Numbered from the stretch's first letter, positions 29,226 through 40,583 are shown. The stretch: DNA of 40,994 nucleotides from Microcystaceae cyanobacterium (GCA_041746575.1 JBGTGT010000024.1:1-40994); one strand, 5' to 3'. Numbers and translations: made by a program. Notes: generated by a model not told the origin, from the sequence alone.

Positions 29226-29868
29226 AGGAAAGGGAGAGAGATAGGAAAAATTAAGAGGGAACTCAGTTTTAAGCTCAATAATCCAAAAAAGAGATTTGGG
29301 TTAATCCTTAGGGATACTAGGGCTGTTTTTCGCGATTTTTTAGTAATAGCAATGATATTATGTTTTTTTGAGGGCGACGACTGAGGGTAAAGGAATGAGA
29401 AACAGATCAATACCCTAGAGCGAATGCGTCGTGCCATAGCGCATCACCCTAAAAGGTTTTCTCGATTGATATTTTTCGAGGTCGTTTTCCCTTTATCATT
29501 CAGGAAAGTTGAGTCCCTAATTTTGATTTTATCCATGTTTTCACGGATCTTTGAGGATAAATATCAAGAATATTTCTTTATATCTTTATAATATAACAAT
29601 ATTCTTAAAGCTTTTATCCCTGATGTGATTTTTCTCACTCGTGGAACGTAATCTCAATTACTGGAGTTTGGCTTGAGCATTCAGTAAATTTACGGACACT
29701 TTAACCCAGGCAAAAACAAAATTTTTTCTGAACTATTGACAAATTTTGAGTGAGAGTATCTATTATCGTAATTAGGGACTTGCTTGACTGCCAACCTCTT
29801 TGAATTTTTGATGGGGTCGAATGATAAGCGATTTCCTCGCCCAAAAAGCCTTATTGTCTTTAGATCCT

Positions 29869-32475
29869 ATGCCAACTCTTGTTATTGTTGAATCTCCCAC
29901 TAAAGCTCGCACTATCCGCAACTATCTTCCTAAAGGTTATCATGTAGAAGCCTCTATGGGTCATGTCAGGGATCTACCGGCTTCTGCCGAGGAAATTCCG
30001 GCAGACTATAAGGAGAAAGATTGGGCTAGTTTGGGCGTCAATATCGAGAATGATTTCGCCCCACTGTACATTATTCCCAAGGGGAAGAAAAAGGTTGTAC
30101 AAGGGCTAAAAACGGCTTTGAAGTCGGCGGATGAACTGATTTTGGCTACAGACGAAGATCGCGAAGGAGAAAGTATTAGCTGGCATTTATTACAGTTACT
30201 GAACCCGAAGATTCCCATCAAGCGCATGGTTTTTCATGAAATTACCCAAGAAGCCATTCAAAAAGCTCTCAAAAACTGTCGGGAGATTGATCACAATTTG
30301 GTTCATGCCCAAGAAACAAGACGAATTTTAGACCGTTTAGTGGGTTATACTGTTTCTCCTTTACTGTGGAAGAAGATTGCGCGGGGATTATCGGCCGGAC
30401 GAGTTCAATCGGTGGCAGTTCGTCTAATTGTGCAACGAGAACGGGAAAGAAGGGCGTTTAAAACGGCAGGATACTGGGATCTCAAGGCAACCCTAGAAAA
30501 GGATAAAAGTGCCTTCGAGAGTAAGTTAATCACCCTAGCGGGCAAAAAAGTTGCCAATGGGAGCGATTTTGATGATCATACCGGCCAGTTAATTCAAGGA
30601 CGGGATGTGGTTCTTCTAGATGAAGCCCAAGCAACGGCGTTAAAAGATCGCCTCGAGGGAAAAATTTGGACGGTTAGTCAAACAGAAGAGAAACCGACGA
30701 TTCGTAAGCCGTCTCCGCCTTTTACGACTTCAACCTTACAACAAGAATCTAACCGTAAATTGGGTATTTCTGCCAGAGACACGATGAGAATTGCCCAAAA
30801 ACTGTATGAAGAAGGGTATATAACCTACATGCGGACGGATTCAGTCCATTTGTCGGATCAAGCTATTGCGGCGGCGCGGTCTTGTGTGGAAGAGATGTAT
30901 GGCAAGGAATACTTAAGTCCAAAGGTGCGTCAATACACCACTAAGAGTAAAGGGGCGCAGGAAGCGCATGAAGCTATTCGTCCGGCGGGTAATCGCTTTC
31001 GTATTCCTCAAGAAACGGGTTTAGGGGGACGAGAATTAGCACTTTATGATTTAATTTGGAAGCGTACGGTGGCTTGTCAAATGGCTGATGCCCGCTTAAC
31101 GCAAATTGTGGTGAATTTAGACGTAGAAGATGCAGGATTTCGTTCTACAGGAAAACGCATCGATTTTCCGGGTTTTTTCCGCGCTTACGTTGAAGGATCA
31201 GATGATCCAGAAGCGGCATTGGAAGATCAAGAGGTAATTTTACCCCCTTTGCACAAAGGAGATCACCCGAACTGTTTGGAGCTATTGACGGTTGACCATC
31301 AAACCCAGCCCCCTGCCCGTTATACGGAGGCATCTTTGGTCAAAACGTTGGAAAAAGAAGGTATTGGCCGTCCCAGTACCTACGCCAGTATCATTAGTAC
31401 CATTATTGATCGCGGTTACGTTCAAATGCGAACTAAAGCGTTGATTCCTACCTTTACGGCTTTTGCGGTGGTGGGATTATTGGAAAATCATTTTCCTGAT
31501 TTGGTAGATACGAAGTTTACCTCGAAAATGGAAAGGACGCTCGATGAGATTGCCACGGGAGAAGCCCAATGGTTACCTTATCTCAAAAAGTTTTATTTAG
31601 GGGATAAAGGGCTAGATAATTTGGTTAAAACGGTCGAAAGCCAAATTGATGCCACAGAGGCAAAATCGGTGAATCTAGAAGACTTAGAGGTCACCGTTAA
31701 AATTGGACGATTTGGTCCTTATTTAGAGGTTAAAGAGGGAGAAGAAGTGATTACGGCTTCCATTCCGGCGGATCTTACCCCTTCGGATTTAGATGCTCAA
31801 CAGGTAGAAACCCTCTTAAAACAAAAAACGGAGGGGCCGGAAAAAGTGGGGCTTCATCCAGAGACAGGTGAACCCATTTATCGCTTAATTGGTAGTTATG
31901 GTCCTTATGTGCAGATAGGAGAGGTAACGGAGGAGAATAAGAAGCCAAAACGGTCTTCTTTGCCAAAAGGGGTTAAACCAGAGGACGTCACGTTAGAGAT
32001 GGCGGTGGGGTTACTGTCTTTGCCGCGACTATTGGGAACGCATCCTGAAACGGAGGCCAAAATCAAAGCCAGTTTGGGGCGGTTTGGACCTTATGTGGTG
32101 CATGATCAGGGAAAAGAGGGTAAAGATTATCGATCTCTGAAAGCAGAAGACGACGTACTCACAATTACGTTAGAAAGGGCTTTAGAACTCTTGGCACAGC
32201 CTAAACGCGGCCGGGGGAGTCGGGGCAGTAAAAAAGCACCGTTACGAGAATTAGGGATTCATCCTGAGGACAATGAAGCGATCAATATTTATGATGGCCC
32301 CTACGGAGCTTATATTAAATATGGCAAGCTGAATGTTAAAATGCCGGAAGGGGAAACCGCTGAAACTTTGACCTTAGAAAAAGCGTTAGGCGCAATTTCC
32401 GCTAAAAAAGGCACAACGAAAAAGACGACGACTCGTAAAACGACAACCCGTAAAAAGAAGGCAGATAGCGGCTAA
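29869..32475 (+). CDS. topA: DNA topoisomerase I
   Basis: [42 protein letters not shown], Topo C-terminal repeats and a Lys-rich tail. Likely start is ATG 29869. Confidence 0.97.
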   Translation: MPTLVIVESPTKARTIRNYLPKGYHVEASMGHVRDLPASAEEIPADYKEKDWASLGVNIENDFAPLYIIPKGKKKVVQGLKTALKSADELILATDEDREGESISWHLLQLLNPKIPIKRMVFHEITQEAIQKALKNCREIDHNLVHAQETRRILDRLVGYTVSPLLWKKIARGLSAGRVQSVAVRLIVQRERERRAFKTAGYWDLKATLEKDKSAFESKLITLAGKKVANGSDFDDHTGQLIQGRDVVLLDEAQATALKDRLEGKIWTVSQTEEKPTIRKPSPPFTTSTLQQESNRKLGISARDTMRIAQKLYEEGYITYMRTDSVHLSDQAIAAARSCVEEMYGKEYLSPKVRQYTTKSKGAQEAHEAIRPAGNRFRIPQETGLGGRELALYDLIWKRTVACQMADARLTQIVVNLDVEDAGFRSTGKRIDFPGFFRAYVEGSDDPEAALEDQEVILPPLHKGDHPNCLELLTVDHQTQPPARYTEASLVKTLEKEGIGRPSTYASIISTIIDRGYVQMRTKALIPTFTAFAVVGLLENHFPDLVDTKFTSKMERTLDEIATGEAQWLPYLKKFYLGDKGLDNLVKTVESQIDATEAKSVNLEDLEVTVKIGRFGPYLEVKEGEEVITASIPADLTPSDLDAQQVETLLKQKTEGPEKVGLHPETGEPIYRLIGSYGPYVQIGEVTEENKKPKRSSLPKGVKPEDVTLEMAVGLLSLPRLLGTHPETEAKIKASLGRFGPYVVHDQGKEGKDYRSLKAEDDVLTITLERALELLAQPKRGRGSRGSKKAPLRELGIHPEDNEAINIYDGPYGAYIKYGKLNVKMPEGETAETLTLEKALGAISAKKGTTKKTTTRKTTTRKKKADSG

Positions 32476-32496
32476 AACTTTTTTTTTATTCCGTTT

Positions 32497-32540
32497 GGTA
32501 GAGTGGGCAATTAATTATTCTCTTGTTTGTCCACCCTACC
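32497..32540. repeat. GTAG-type REP-like palindrome between convergent topA and hslO
   Basis: GGTAGAGTGGGCAA...TTGTCCACCCTACC imperfect inverted repeat resembling the cyanobacterial GTAGGGTGGGCA/TGCCCACCCTAC repeat. Confidence 0.7.
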
Positions 32541-32598
32541 GTCTTAAGATTGTATTGACCAAAGATGCCTTAGAGAAAGAAATGAAAAGTTAGATTAT

Positions 32599-33501
32599 TT
32601 ATCCTTGAGATTTGGTACGTAAATCTTCGATAAGTTGAACTAGATGATCACTACTCGCGTGATAAATTTCTCCACAGAATTCACATTTTGCTTCTGCACC
32701 ATCATCTTTTTCAATCATGTCTTGTAATTCCATTTCTCCTAACATTTTCAATGCGCCTAAAACCCGCTCAAAGGAACAATGGCAGTCAAAACGCACCAAT
32801 TGGACTTCGGGTAAAATTTCTAGGTCTAAATCCCCTAGCAGTTGCTCAAAAATATCGGGTAAGGTCTTGCCTTGTTGTAAAAGGGGTGTAAATCCCTGTA
32901 AATCGGCCACCCGGCTTTCTAAGGTTGCTACTAACGCCTCATCCCTTGCCGCCTTTGGCATGACTTGCAAAAGAATACCTCCCGATGCAGTAACGCCTTG
33001 AGACGCAACAAATACTCCCACCACCAAAGCCGATGGAGTCTGTTCTGACTTTACCAGATAGTAGGCCACGTCTTCTCCCACTTCGCCAGAAATTAATTCA
33101 ACAGTACTGGAATAGGGATAACCATAACCAACATCCCGCACAACATAAAGGAACCCCTCCCTTCCGATTGCGCCGCCTACGTCTAATTTTCCTCGGTTAT
33201 TCGGCGGCAGTTCGACAGAGGGGTGGTCAACATACCCTCTTACCGTGCCATCGAGTCCTGCATCTACTAATAATCCCCCTAGGGGGCCATTGCCTTTAAT
33301 CCGAATGTTAACCCGCGAATCTTCTCGTTTCATACTGGAAACCAATAATAAGCCAGATGACATGGCTCTACCGAGAGCGGCTGAAGCAACATAAGATAAA
33401 TTGTGCCTTTGTCGTGCTTCTTCTGTTAAACGGGTTGAAATGACTCCGACTGCTCTAATGCCTCCATCTGCAGCTGTCGCCCGAATGAGTTGATCCGCCA
33501 T
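32599..33501 (-). CDS. hslO: Redox-regulated chaperone Hsp33
   Basis: MADQLIRATA start, SEQTPS and CHCS...CEFC zinc centre. Confidence 0.95.
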   Translation of the reverse strand: MADQLIRATAADGGIRAVGVISTRLTEEARQRHNLSYVASAALGRAMSSGLLLVSSMKREDSRVNIRIKGNGPLGGLLVDAGLDGTVRGYVDHPSVELPPNNRGKLDVGGAIGREGFLYVVRDVGYGYPYSSTVELISGEVGEDVAYYLVKSEQTPSALVVGVFVASQGVTASGGILLQVMPKAARDEALVATLESRVADLQGFTPLLQQGKTLPDIFEQLLGDLDLEILPEVQLVRFDCHCSFERVLGALKMLGEMELQDMIEKDDGAEAKCEFCGEIYHASSDHLVQLIEDLRTKSQG

Positions 33502-33626
33502 AATAACCTTCACACTTTGTTACATTACTGCTCATCTATCTTATCGCAGAAGTTGAAGAATAATTTTTTAGCGACTATTGCTAAACGAGCCACGCTTTTT
33601 CTGGAAGTTTACAGTTTAAAAACGGA

Positions 33627-34406
33627 TTAATTTCGTTGAATTTTGCTGGGGTTTAGCCAATAAATAATTTCCTGCTTTAAGAACATTAAATCTTTAGAAA
33701 GACTCTCTTTAATCCATTGTCCAATAGCATCGAATGGCGTAAAAAATTCACCACTGCGCCATTGAATTTCTTGACCCAACGGTGTTAAATGATGACCTGT
33801 TACTGTTCGCAAAACAATCATATCAGGAAAGCGTTTAATCAAAACAGGATTCAGTAAGGCGGTTTGATCAATTTCGTCATTGGTAAATTTAATTAAAAGA
33901 TTGCGACGCGTCGAATAACGTTCAGCAATTAGGGTATTGGTTTCCTCCGGAGAGGGGATAAATTCTAGGTTTAAGGTGTTATTAATATCTAATTGTTCAA
34001 GGAAAGGAATGGCACGACGTACCGGAAAGTTATTATACGAAATTAAGATATTTCCTTCTCTTTCGATAGCAAAAAGACTGCCAATTAAAAGATGTAATTT
34101 ACAGCCTAAACTATGACCAATGCCATAGGTCGGAAGATAACGATGACTAATTTTATTCTGGTAGTAAAGACGCTCGACAATTGTTTCATATCGGTTCAAA
34201 ACAGTACGAGCAATGGCAGTATGATCAAAGGTATTGATATAAGGAGTAGCCACAATTCCATAACCAGATTTTGCTAATTGTTCGAGTAACCAGCGATAGG
34301 TTAAGGTAGGAACAGTTCCCACAAATGCGCCGCCTAGAAAATGAATCATCGCTTGAGGGTTACGGGGAATTAAAATCCAACTTCCTGAGAGTTCTCGCCA
34401 TTCCAT
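33627..34406 (-). CDS. DUF1350 family alpha/beta-hydrolase-like protein
   Basis: HFLGGAFVG, GHSLGCKLH, EF-PSPEET and GHHLTP motifs. Confidence 0.85.
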   Translation of the reverse strand: MEWRELSGSWILIPRNPQAMIHFLGGAFVGTVPTLTYRWLLEQLAKSGYGIVATPYINTFDHTAIARTVLNRYETIVERLYYQNKISHRYLPTYGIGHSLGCKLHLLIGSLFAIEREGNILISYNNFPVRRAIPFLEQLDINNTLNLEFIPSPEETNTLIAERYSTRRNLLIKFTNDEIDQTALLNPVLIKRFPDMIVLRTVTGHHLTPLGQEIQWRSGEFFTPFDAIGQWIKESLSKDLMFLKQEIIYWLNPSKIQRN

Positions 34407-34554
34407 TTTTAATTCCCATTTCTGTTACTGAGTGAACTTTACTCAATTATAGCAAAGTGATCCATTAAAAGTATGCAGAATTAAATTTATGTTAATCGCT
34501 ATCTAAACTAGGGGCTATAAATACGAAAAAAAAGGACAATCATTTACAAGAAAA

Positions 34555-35712
34555 TTATTGAATAAATTGATAAGCTTGAAAGGTTTTTTTTGCAGTTTTT
34601 TGCCACGAGAATTGCTGTGAACGTAACTTTCCTTGTTCAATTAATTGACAACGTAATTGAGTATTATTGATAACTTGTAAAATAGCTTCTGCTAATTCTA
34701 GCATATTATTTGGGTCAATTAAAATCCCCGCATTCCCGATTACTTCAGGCAGAGAAGAAGTGTTTGAAGTAATGACGGGTGTACCTAATGTCATCGCTTC
34801 TAAGATAGGTAGACCAAATCCTTCATAATAAGAGGGATAAACAAAAACCTCTGCTTGTTGATAAAATAACGCAACTAATTGATCAGATAAGTAGTCTAAG
34901 TGATAAATTTGGTTACGATAAGGAGAGGCTTCAATTTCTTGTAAAATAGATTGATATTTCCAGCCTTTTTTACCAATTAAAACCAAATCATGTTCAATTT
35001 TTGCATTTCGTTTGAGATAATTAAATGCTCTAATTAAGGTATTGATGTTTTTCCGAGGTTCAAGAGTACTGACAAAGAGAATATAAGGAGAGTTAAATGG
35101 ATAAGAAATTTGTTGTTTTAATGCCTCAAAATTAACCCCTTTAAGATAATCTGATGAGTAACGACTTGCTTGAGGAGTGATTTTAATTTTCTCTTCAGGA
35201 AAATCTAAATATTGAGCAATATCTTTTTGGGTATTCTCTGCAAAAGTAATAATTAAATCTGTCCATTTTAAACAATTTCTAATACGAGATTCATAGTTTT
35301 TGACAATTGTAGTAGAATAATTAGGATATTTTATAAAGGTTAAATCATGAATGGTCATCACTTTTAGACTATGAAGATAGGGATAAACAAAATGATCCGT
35401 ACCTTGAATAATGTCAGGTTTGGGTAGGTTTTTTTCAAAGTAAGGTAAAAATAAAGGGGGAAATGAAGTTAATAAATTAACAAGAGTAACGGGGATCGGA
35501 AAGACCAAAGGATTCGGATAATTTGGAATCAAAGGTGAGGGGGTAAAGTCTCGTTTTAGCCAATTTTTGAAGGAAGGATGAAAAGATAAATTGAGATTAA
35601 ATTCCTCTGTTTGTTGCAGTTGCACCATTCCTTGCACTAAATTATAAACATAATAGCCAATACCGCTCATTTGCCCTCTTAAGGGAGTCACATCAATTTG
35701 AATATTTAACAT
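34555..35712 (-). CDS. Glycosyltransferase, GT4 (MtfB/WbpY-like)
   Basis: TIHDL, STLEPRKN, PSYYEGFGLPILEAM and SSLPEV motifs. Confidence 0.9.
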   Translation of the reverse strand: MLNIQIDVTPLRGQMSGIGYYVYNLVQGMVQLQQTEEFNLNLSFHPSFKNWLKRDFTPSPLIPNYPNPLVFPIPVTLVNLLTSFPPLFLPYFEKNLPKPDIIQGTDHFVYPYLHSLKVMTIHDLTFIKYPNYSTTIVKNYESRIRNCLKWTDLIITFAENTQKDIAQYLDFPEEKIKITPQASRYSSDYLKGVNFEALKQQISYPFNSPYILFVSTLEPRKNINTLIRAFNYLKRNAKIEHDLVLIGKKGWKYQSILQEIEASPYRNQIYHLDYLSDQLVALFYQQAEVFVYPSYYEGFGLPILEAMTLGTPVITSNTSSLPEVIGNAGILIDPNNMLELAEAILQVINNTQLRCQLIEQGKLRSQQFSWQKTAKKTFQAYQFIQ

Positions 35713-35765
35713 CTTTTCTGCTCCAAATTATTAAATTTATCTCAATCTTTTGTTTTAAATATTGT

Positions 35766-36932
35766 TTATTTATTGAATGTGTAGATTTTAGATAAACAAT
35801 TACCATAGTTTTTAATATTATGAAACCGCTCGTAACTATCTTTCATTATTTTTAATTTTTCTCGAATTAAAGAATCCTGAGGAAGTTGCAAAATAATGTC
35901 TAAAATAGTCATAGGGTTCTCCCAATCTAATACTAAACTCTGATCAAGGTTATATTTAGCGAGTTCATAGGCCATCCAAGTATTCGGTGTAACTAAAGGT
36001 ATCTTATTTGCAATAATTGCTTCTGTGAAGATCCCTGATGTTCGCTCATGATAAGCTTCCCTATCATAGGGTAATAAAACGATGTCACAAGAATACAACC
36101 ATTGCTCATAATCTTGACGGTCTAATTTATCTTGAATTAACTTGAGTTTAATACCTTGGTTATTGGCAATTAATGCCGAGGTTTCTGCGGCAACTAAACA
36201 GATTTTATCCCCTTGGGAAAAATCACAGTCAACTAAATTTTTAATAATTTCCCATCCTTTTTCGAGTCGAGGAGAACCTGGCCACCAACAGATTAAAGCT
36301 TCTTTATCGATGGAAAAATAAGTGATATTAACCGGAGTCAACTGAGTATGGGGAATTGGCACAACATCAATAGATTCCTTAAAATAACGAGAAAGAGAAT
36401 CTTTAAGTTTTTCACTGTCAGTCAGCAGGTGAAACTGTCCTTGGGGTAATTTTTGTTTTAGAAGATAATTTAATGATTTATAAATCCAACGAGTTTTACT
36501 GTTATGTGTATCTCGGCGATAAAGTAACCAAACATTCAACTGTTCACATTGTTGGCGAGGAAGTAACCAAATAGCAAGCGTTAAAGCAAATAATTGTAAA
36601 TGAATAAATCGTTCTAAAAAAAGAATGGTAGTTTCTGAAGAAAATTGTAAACTTTTAGTAATAGAAAGACCTAACTTAGTGGACTCTTTAATTTTAAAAC
36701 TCTGTTGAAAAAAATGACCTTTTGACTCCAAATCACAAGGATATAAACAAGGTTGCCAATGAGGGGGAAATAGATGAGGTTCAACGAGACGAGGAATTAG
36801 AACTTGATGTTCCCAGTTTAAGGGTTGAATGGCTTGCGTCACGGCTGTATGATAGGGAATAATATGACCTTCTCCTTCGACTAAATTGGGAATAATTGAG
36901 ATAAATTTAAGCTGATTAGATGCTTTTTCCAT
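35766..36932 (-). CDS. Putative GT-B glycosyltransferase
   Basis: N-terminal GH, G-PRLEKG and LLPYD---Y-ERTSGIFTEAI motifs. Confidence 0.75.
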   Translation of the reverse strand: MEKASNQLKFISIIPNLVEGEGHIIPYHTAVTQAIQPLNWEHQVLIPRLVEPHLFPPHWQPCLYPCDLESKGHFFQQSFKIKESTKLGLSITKSLQFSSETTILFLERFIHLQLFALTLAIWLLPRQQCEQLNVWLLYRRDTHNSKTRWIYKSLNYLLKQKLPQGQFHLLTDSEKLKDSLSRYFKESIDVVPIPHTQLTPVNITYFSIDKEALICWWPGSPRLEKGWEIIKNLVDCDFSQGDKICLVAAETSALIANNQGIKLKLIQDKLDRQDYEQWLYSCDIVLLPYDREAYHERTSGIFTEAIIANKIPLVTPNTWMAYELAKYNLDQSLVLDWENPMTILDIILQLPQDSLIREKLKIMKDSYERFHNIKNYGNCLSKIYTFNK

Positions 36933-37149
36933 AACGTTTTTTAAAGAAGGGTCAATTGTCTATATTATCAGATTTTTTAGCCGATTATTTCTTTGAATTT
37001 CCTTCTTGCCTGTTTATTCTCTCTGAATCTTGACTTTTTCACTGAAGAAGATTAAAGGGCGATCGCTTCAAAAATTCAATTCAGTCCAAACCTTTCAAGA
37101 ATCTATTATAATTTTAATCTATTGTTGTGCTATTCCTGCTCAAAAAACC

Positions 37150-38331
37150 ATGCAATATCGACGCTTTGGACGAACAGAATTACAAATGCCTGTCTTTACC
37201 TGTGGCGGAATGCGCTATCAATATCAGTGGCAAGATCTGGCATTATCCAAAATTCCCACCGAGAGTCAACGTAATTTAGAAACGACCATTCGTCACGCTT
37301 TAGAAGTAGGAATTAATCACATTGAAACAGCGAGGGGATATGGAACATCAGAAATGCAATTAGGGCAAATTTTACCTCAACTAGAACGGGAGAAACTGAT
37401 TATTCAAACAAAAGTTTCTCCTCAAGAAAATCCGAGAGAATTTCGTCGTCAATTTGAGCAATCTCTATCTTTTCTAAAGTTAGATTACGTTGACCTTTTA
37501 GGATTACATGGTATTAACACTGAAGAAATCTTAGATTATTGCATTCGCCCCGGAGGCTGTTTAGCAGAAGCCCAAAAATTACAGAAACAAGGGAAAGTCA
37601 GATTTATTGGCTTTTCTACCCACGGTTCTACTGATATCATCACAAAAACGATTGAAACTAATCAATTTGATTATGTTAATCTGCACTGGTATTATATCAA
37701 TCAAACCCACTGGAAGGCAATTGAAACAGCTCAAAAATATGATCTCGGTGTTTTTATTATCAGTCCTTCCGATAAAGGGGGAAAGCTGTATGAACCGCCC
37801 CAAAAATTAGTCGAACTTTGCTATCCTCTCACGCCGATGGTCTTTAATGATCTGTTTTGTTTATCCCATTCTCAAATCCATACCCTAAGCATTGGCGCAT
37901 CTAAACCAGCAGATTTTGAAGAACATTTAAAAACCTTAGCTTATTTAGAGCAATCTGAGCAAGTGTTACGGCCGATTCACCAAAAATTAGAGCAAGAAAA
38001 AATTAATACCTTTGGAGAAGCTTGGGTCAAAAATTGGCAGGTGGGTTTGCCCAATTATAAAGAAACTCCGCATAATATTAATATTTCCGTTATTCTTTGG
38101 TTGCGAATGTTGGTCTTAGCTTATGATATGATAGATTATGGTAAAATGCGGTATAATTTATTAGGAAATGGGGGTCATTGGTTTCCAGGAAATAATGCAG
38201 AAAAGGTCGAACAACTAGACTTAAAAAACTGTCTTAAACATAGTCCTTTTCGAGATCAAATTCCCTATTTACTAGCAGATACCCATCGTCTCTTAGGTGA
38301 ACAATCTATCCAACGTCTGTCCCAAAGTTAA
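37150..38331 (+). CDS. Aldo/keto reductase family oxidoreductase
   Basis: MQYRRFGRTEL start (ATG 37150), HIETARGYG-SE, QTK and IGFSTHG. Confidence 0.9.
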   Translation: MQYRRFGRTELQMPVFTCGGMRYQYQWQDLALSKIPTESQRNLETTIRHALEVGINHIETARGYGTSEMQLGQILPQLEREKLIIQTKVSPQENPREFRRQFEQSLSFLKLDYVDLLGLHGINTEEILDYCIRPGGCLAEAQKLQKQGKVRFIGFSTHGSTDIITKTIETNQFDYVNLHWYYINQTHWKAIETAQKYDLGVFIISPSDKGGKLYEPPQKLVELCYPLTPMVFNDLFCLSHSQIHTLSIGASKPADFEEHLKTLAYLEQSEQVLRPIHQKLEQEKINTFGEAWVKNWQVGLPNYKETPHNINISVILWLRMLVLAYDMIDYGKMRYNLLGNGGHWFPGNNAEKVEQLDLKNCLKHSPFRDQIPYLLADTHRLLGEQSIQRLSQS

Positions 38332-38421
38332 AAGCAGTTACCTTGTCAGGAACTAGATCATGATACACTAAGTCCCATAGATTTTCAGCCTATCTTCTAT
38401 TATTGATTTTGTTATCCGTTA

Positions 38422-39312
38422 ATGATTAATTCTCTAAAAAATCTCCTTCGCCGTTCTTTAGGGGTTCGCGCCCTAGAAGACCAAATTAACCATTTACAGC
38501 AGCAACAGGATAAAATTATCCATCTCCTTGAAAGTCAAAAACAACACCTTTTTCAAGAATTTGTCACTCAAAGTCAACCGGGGTCAATTTTAAGCTGTAA
38601 CATTAACCGCATGGACATGTTAGCCCCAGTGGAAATGCTTCATGTTTTTCCCCACTGTATGCAACCCCACCCTGAACGGAAATTGACTTATTTAGTAGAA
38701 ACTCACTGTGCAGATTGGATGGTCTCCCATCTTAACCCCGGAGACGTAGTTTTAGACATTGGGGCGGCTTTTGGCGTGATTTCTCTTCCCTTAGCTAAAG
38801 CAGTCGGTGAAAGCGGTCATGTGTACGCCTTTGAGCCGGCTAGACGCACCCAACGTTTCCTAGAACAAATTCTCTATCTCAATGAAATTGCTAATATCAC
38901 CGTGGTGAAGTCTGCCATTTCTGATCAACCCGGAATAGCTGAATTTATTGAATATACGTCTGATAATGACCTTTCATGGGCTTCAGATGCTTCCACCTTA
39001 AGCGCGCCCAGTATTAACCCCAGTCTTAACCATCAAAGCTACACGGTGGAAGTGACGACTATTGATGATTTTGTACAGAAACAGGGTATTAAGCCGCAAA
39101 CTCTCAAAATTGATATCGAAGGATTTGAATTATACGCTTTACATGGGGCAAAATCCACCTTAATGGAGAATAAACCCTATTTGTGCATTGATATTCACAA
39201 AGATGTCAAAACGGGCGAATCTGCTTTAGAAGGGGTTAAACCGTTTCTGCTCAATTTAGGCTATGATTTAGTCCTAAATGGTCATACCCTTTATGGGACA
39301 CCGCAACGGTAA
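38422..39312 (+). CDS. FkbM-family SAM-dependent methyltransferase
   Basis: VLDIGAAFG, VYAFEP and LKIDIEGFE motifs. Confidence 0.9.
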   Translation: MINSLKNLLRRSLGVRALEDQINHLQQQQDKIIHLLESQKQHLFQEFVTQSQPGSILSCNINRMDMLAPVEMLHVFPHCMQPHPERKLTYLVETHCADWMVSHLNPGDVVLDIGAAFGVISLPLAKAVGESGHVYAFEPARRTQRFLEQILYLNEIANITVVKSAISDQPGIAEFIEYTSDNDLSWASDASTLSAPSINPSLNHQSYTVEVTTIDDFVQKQGIKPQTLKIDIEGFELYALHGAKSTLMENKPYLCIDIHKDVKTGESALEGVKPFLLNLGYDLVLNGHTLYGTPQR

Positions 39313-39342
39313 GGGGTTAGGAGAAATGAAGGATGAGAGGCG

Positions 39343-40530
39343 ATGAAAATATTAGTTTTAAGCTGGGAATTTCCCCCCAGACTGGTTGGAGGAATCGCTC
39401 GTCATGTCGCTGAACTCTACCCAGAAATCGTCAAATTAGGGCATGATATTCATCTGGTAACCTTAACTGCTGAAAAAGCACTGCCTTACGAAATCGTAGA
39501 TGGTATTCATGTCCATCGCCTCTTAGTTGCTCATGGTCAAGATTTTTTTCATTGGGTGGTTAATATTAATGAGAAAATGGGACAGTATGGTGGTGAATTA
39601 ATCCAAAAAGAGGGAAATTTCGACATTATTCATGCCCATGATTGGTTGGTCGGTGACGCCGCTATTGCGCTAAAACATTACTTTAAAGTTCCTTTGATTG
39701 CCACTATCCATGCGACAGAGTACGGTCGCTATAATGGACTTTATACCCCCATCCATCACTATATTGCCTCAAAAGAAGGGGCTTTGATCTATAATGCTTG
39801 GCGAGTCATCGTCTGTAGTCATTATATGCGCTATGAATTGCAACGTGCCTTTGGTACCCCTTGGGATAAAATTGACGTGATTTATAACGGTATTCGTCCA
39901 GAGAAAAAGGAAAAAGATGAAAACTTTGACTATCAAGCCTTCCGTCGTTACTTTGCTGATGATTGCCAGAAAATTATTTATTATGTCGGCAGAATGACCT
40001 ATGAGAAGGGTGTTCAGGTTCTTTTAGATGCCACCCCTAAGATATTGGCCGAAATGCAAGGCAATCTGAAAATCATTATTATTGGAGGAGGTGATACCGG
40101 CCATTTACAACACAAGGCATGGCATTTAGGGGTCTGGAATAAATGCCAATTTACAGGATTTATGTCGGATGAAGACCTCAATAAATTCCAAATCATTGCT
40201 AATTGTGCCGTTTTTCCCAGTCTTTATGAACCGTTTGGTATTGTTGCTCTCGAAAGCTTTGCCGCTAGAGTTCCTGTGGTAGTTTCTGATACAGGAGGAT
40301 TACCTGAAGTCGTTCATCATGGTCAAACGGGGATTGTCACCCAAGCGAATAACCCCCAATCCTTAGCGTGGGGCGTTTTAGAAGTATTACGCAATCCCGA
40401 CTATGGGCAATCATTAGTGGAAAATGCTTACCAGGACTTAGAACGTCGCTTTAATTGGGCAAAATTGGCTCAAGAGACTGAAAAAGTCTATGATTTAGTC
40501 TTAAAGCAATATAGCATAGTGCAATGGTAG
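39343..40530 (+). CDS. Glycosyltransferase family 4
   Basis: SWEFPP--VGGIARHV, HAHDWL, TIHATE and PSLYEPFGIVALE motifs. Confidence 0.92.
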   Translation: MKILVLSWEFPPRLVGGIARHVAELYPEIVKLGHDIHLVTLTAEKALPYEIVDGIHVHRLLVAHGQDFFHWVVNINEKMGQYGGELIQKEGNFDIIHAHDWLVGDAAIALKHYFKVPLIATIHATEYGRYNGLYTPIHHYIASKEGALIYNAWRVIVCSHYMRYELQRAFGTPWDKIDVIYNGIRPEKKEKDENFDYQAFRRYFADDCQKIIYYVGRMTYEKGVQVLLDATPKILAEMQGNLKIIIIGGGDTGHLQHKAWHLGVWNKCQFTGFMSDEDLNKFQIIANCAVFPSLYEPFGIVALESFAARVPVVVSDTGGLPEVVHHGQTGIVTQANNPQSLAWGVLEVLRNPDYGQSLVENAYQDLERRFNWAKLAQETEKVYDLVLKQYSIVQW

Positions 40531-40561
40531 TCTTTCTGACAACTCACCTGAGTGCGGGTTG

Positions 40562-40583
40562 TTAATGAGCGATCGCTCATTAA
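40562..40583. repeat. Perfect 22-bp palindrome centred on HIP1
   Basis: TTAATGAGCGATCGCTCATTAA. Confidence 0.9.

Larger units (their letters stand above)
28..40576. repeat. HIP1 octamer GCGATCGC, 19 copies counted by eye across the window
   Basis: Examples at 28, 1272, 1773, 3752, 5682, 9712, 16744, 22183, 23658, 37058 and 40569 (approximate). Confidence 0.9.

Noticed and set aside
29141..29437. 98-aa (-) and 79-aa (+) ORFs
   Set aside because: They overlap the M48-like gene start, have no recognisable motif and show a composition typical of non-coding frames.
1175..40196. Short ORFs nested in or antisense to leuC, dnaJ, putA, porin, cobB, topA, hslO, AKR and the GTs
   Set aside because: Shadow frames of well-supported genes with no independent evidence.
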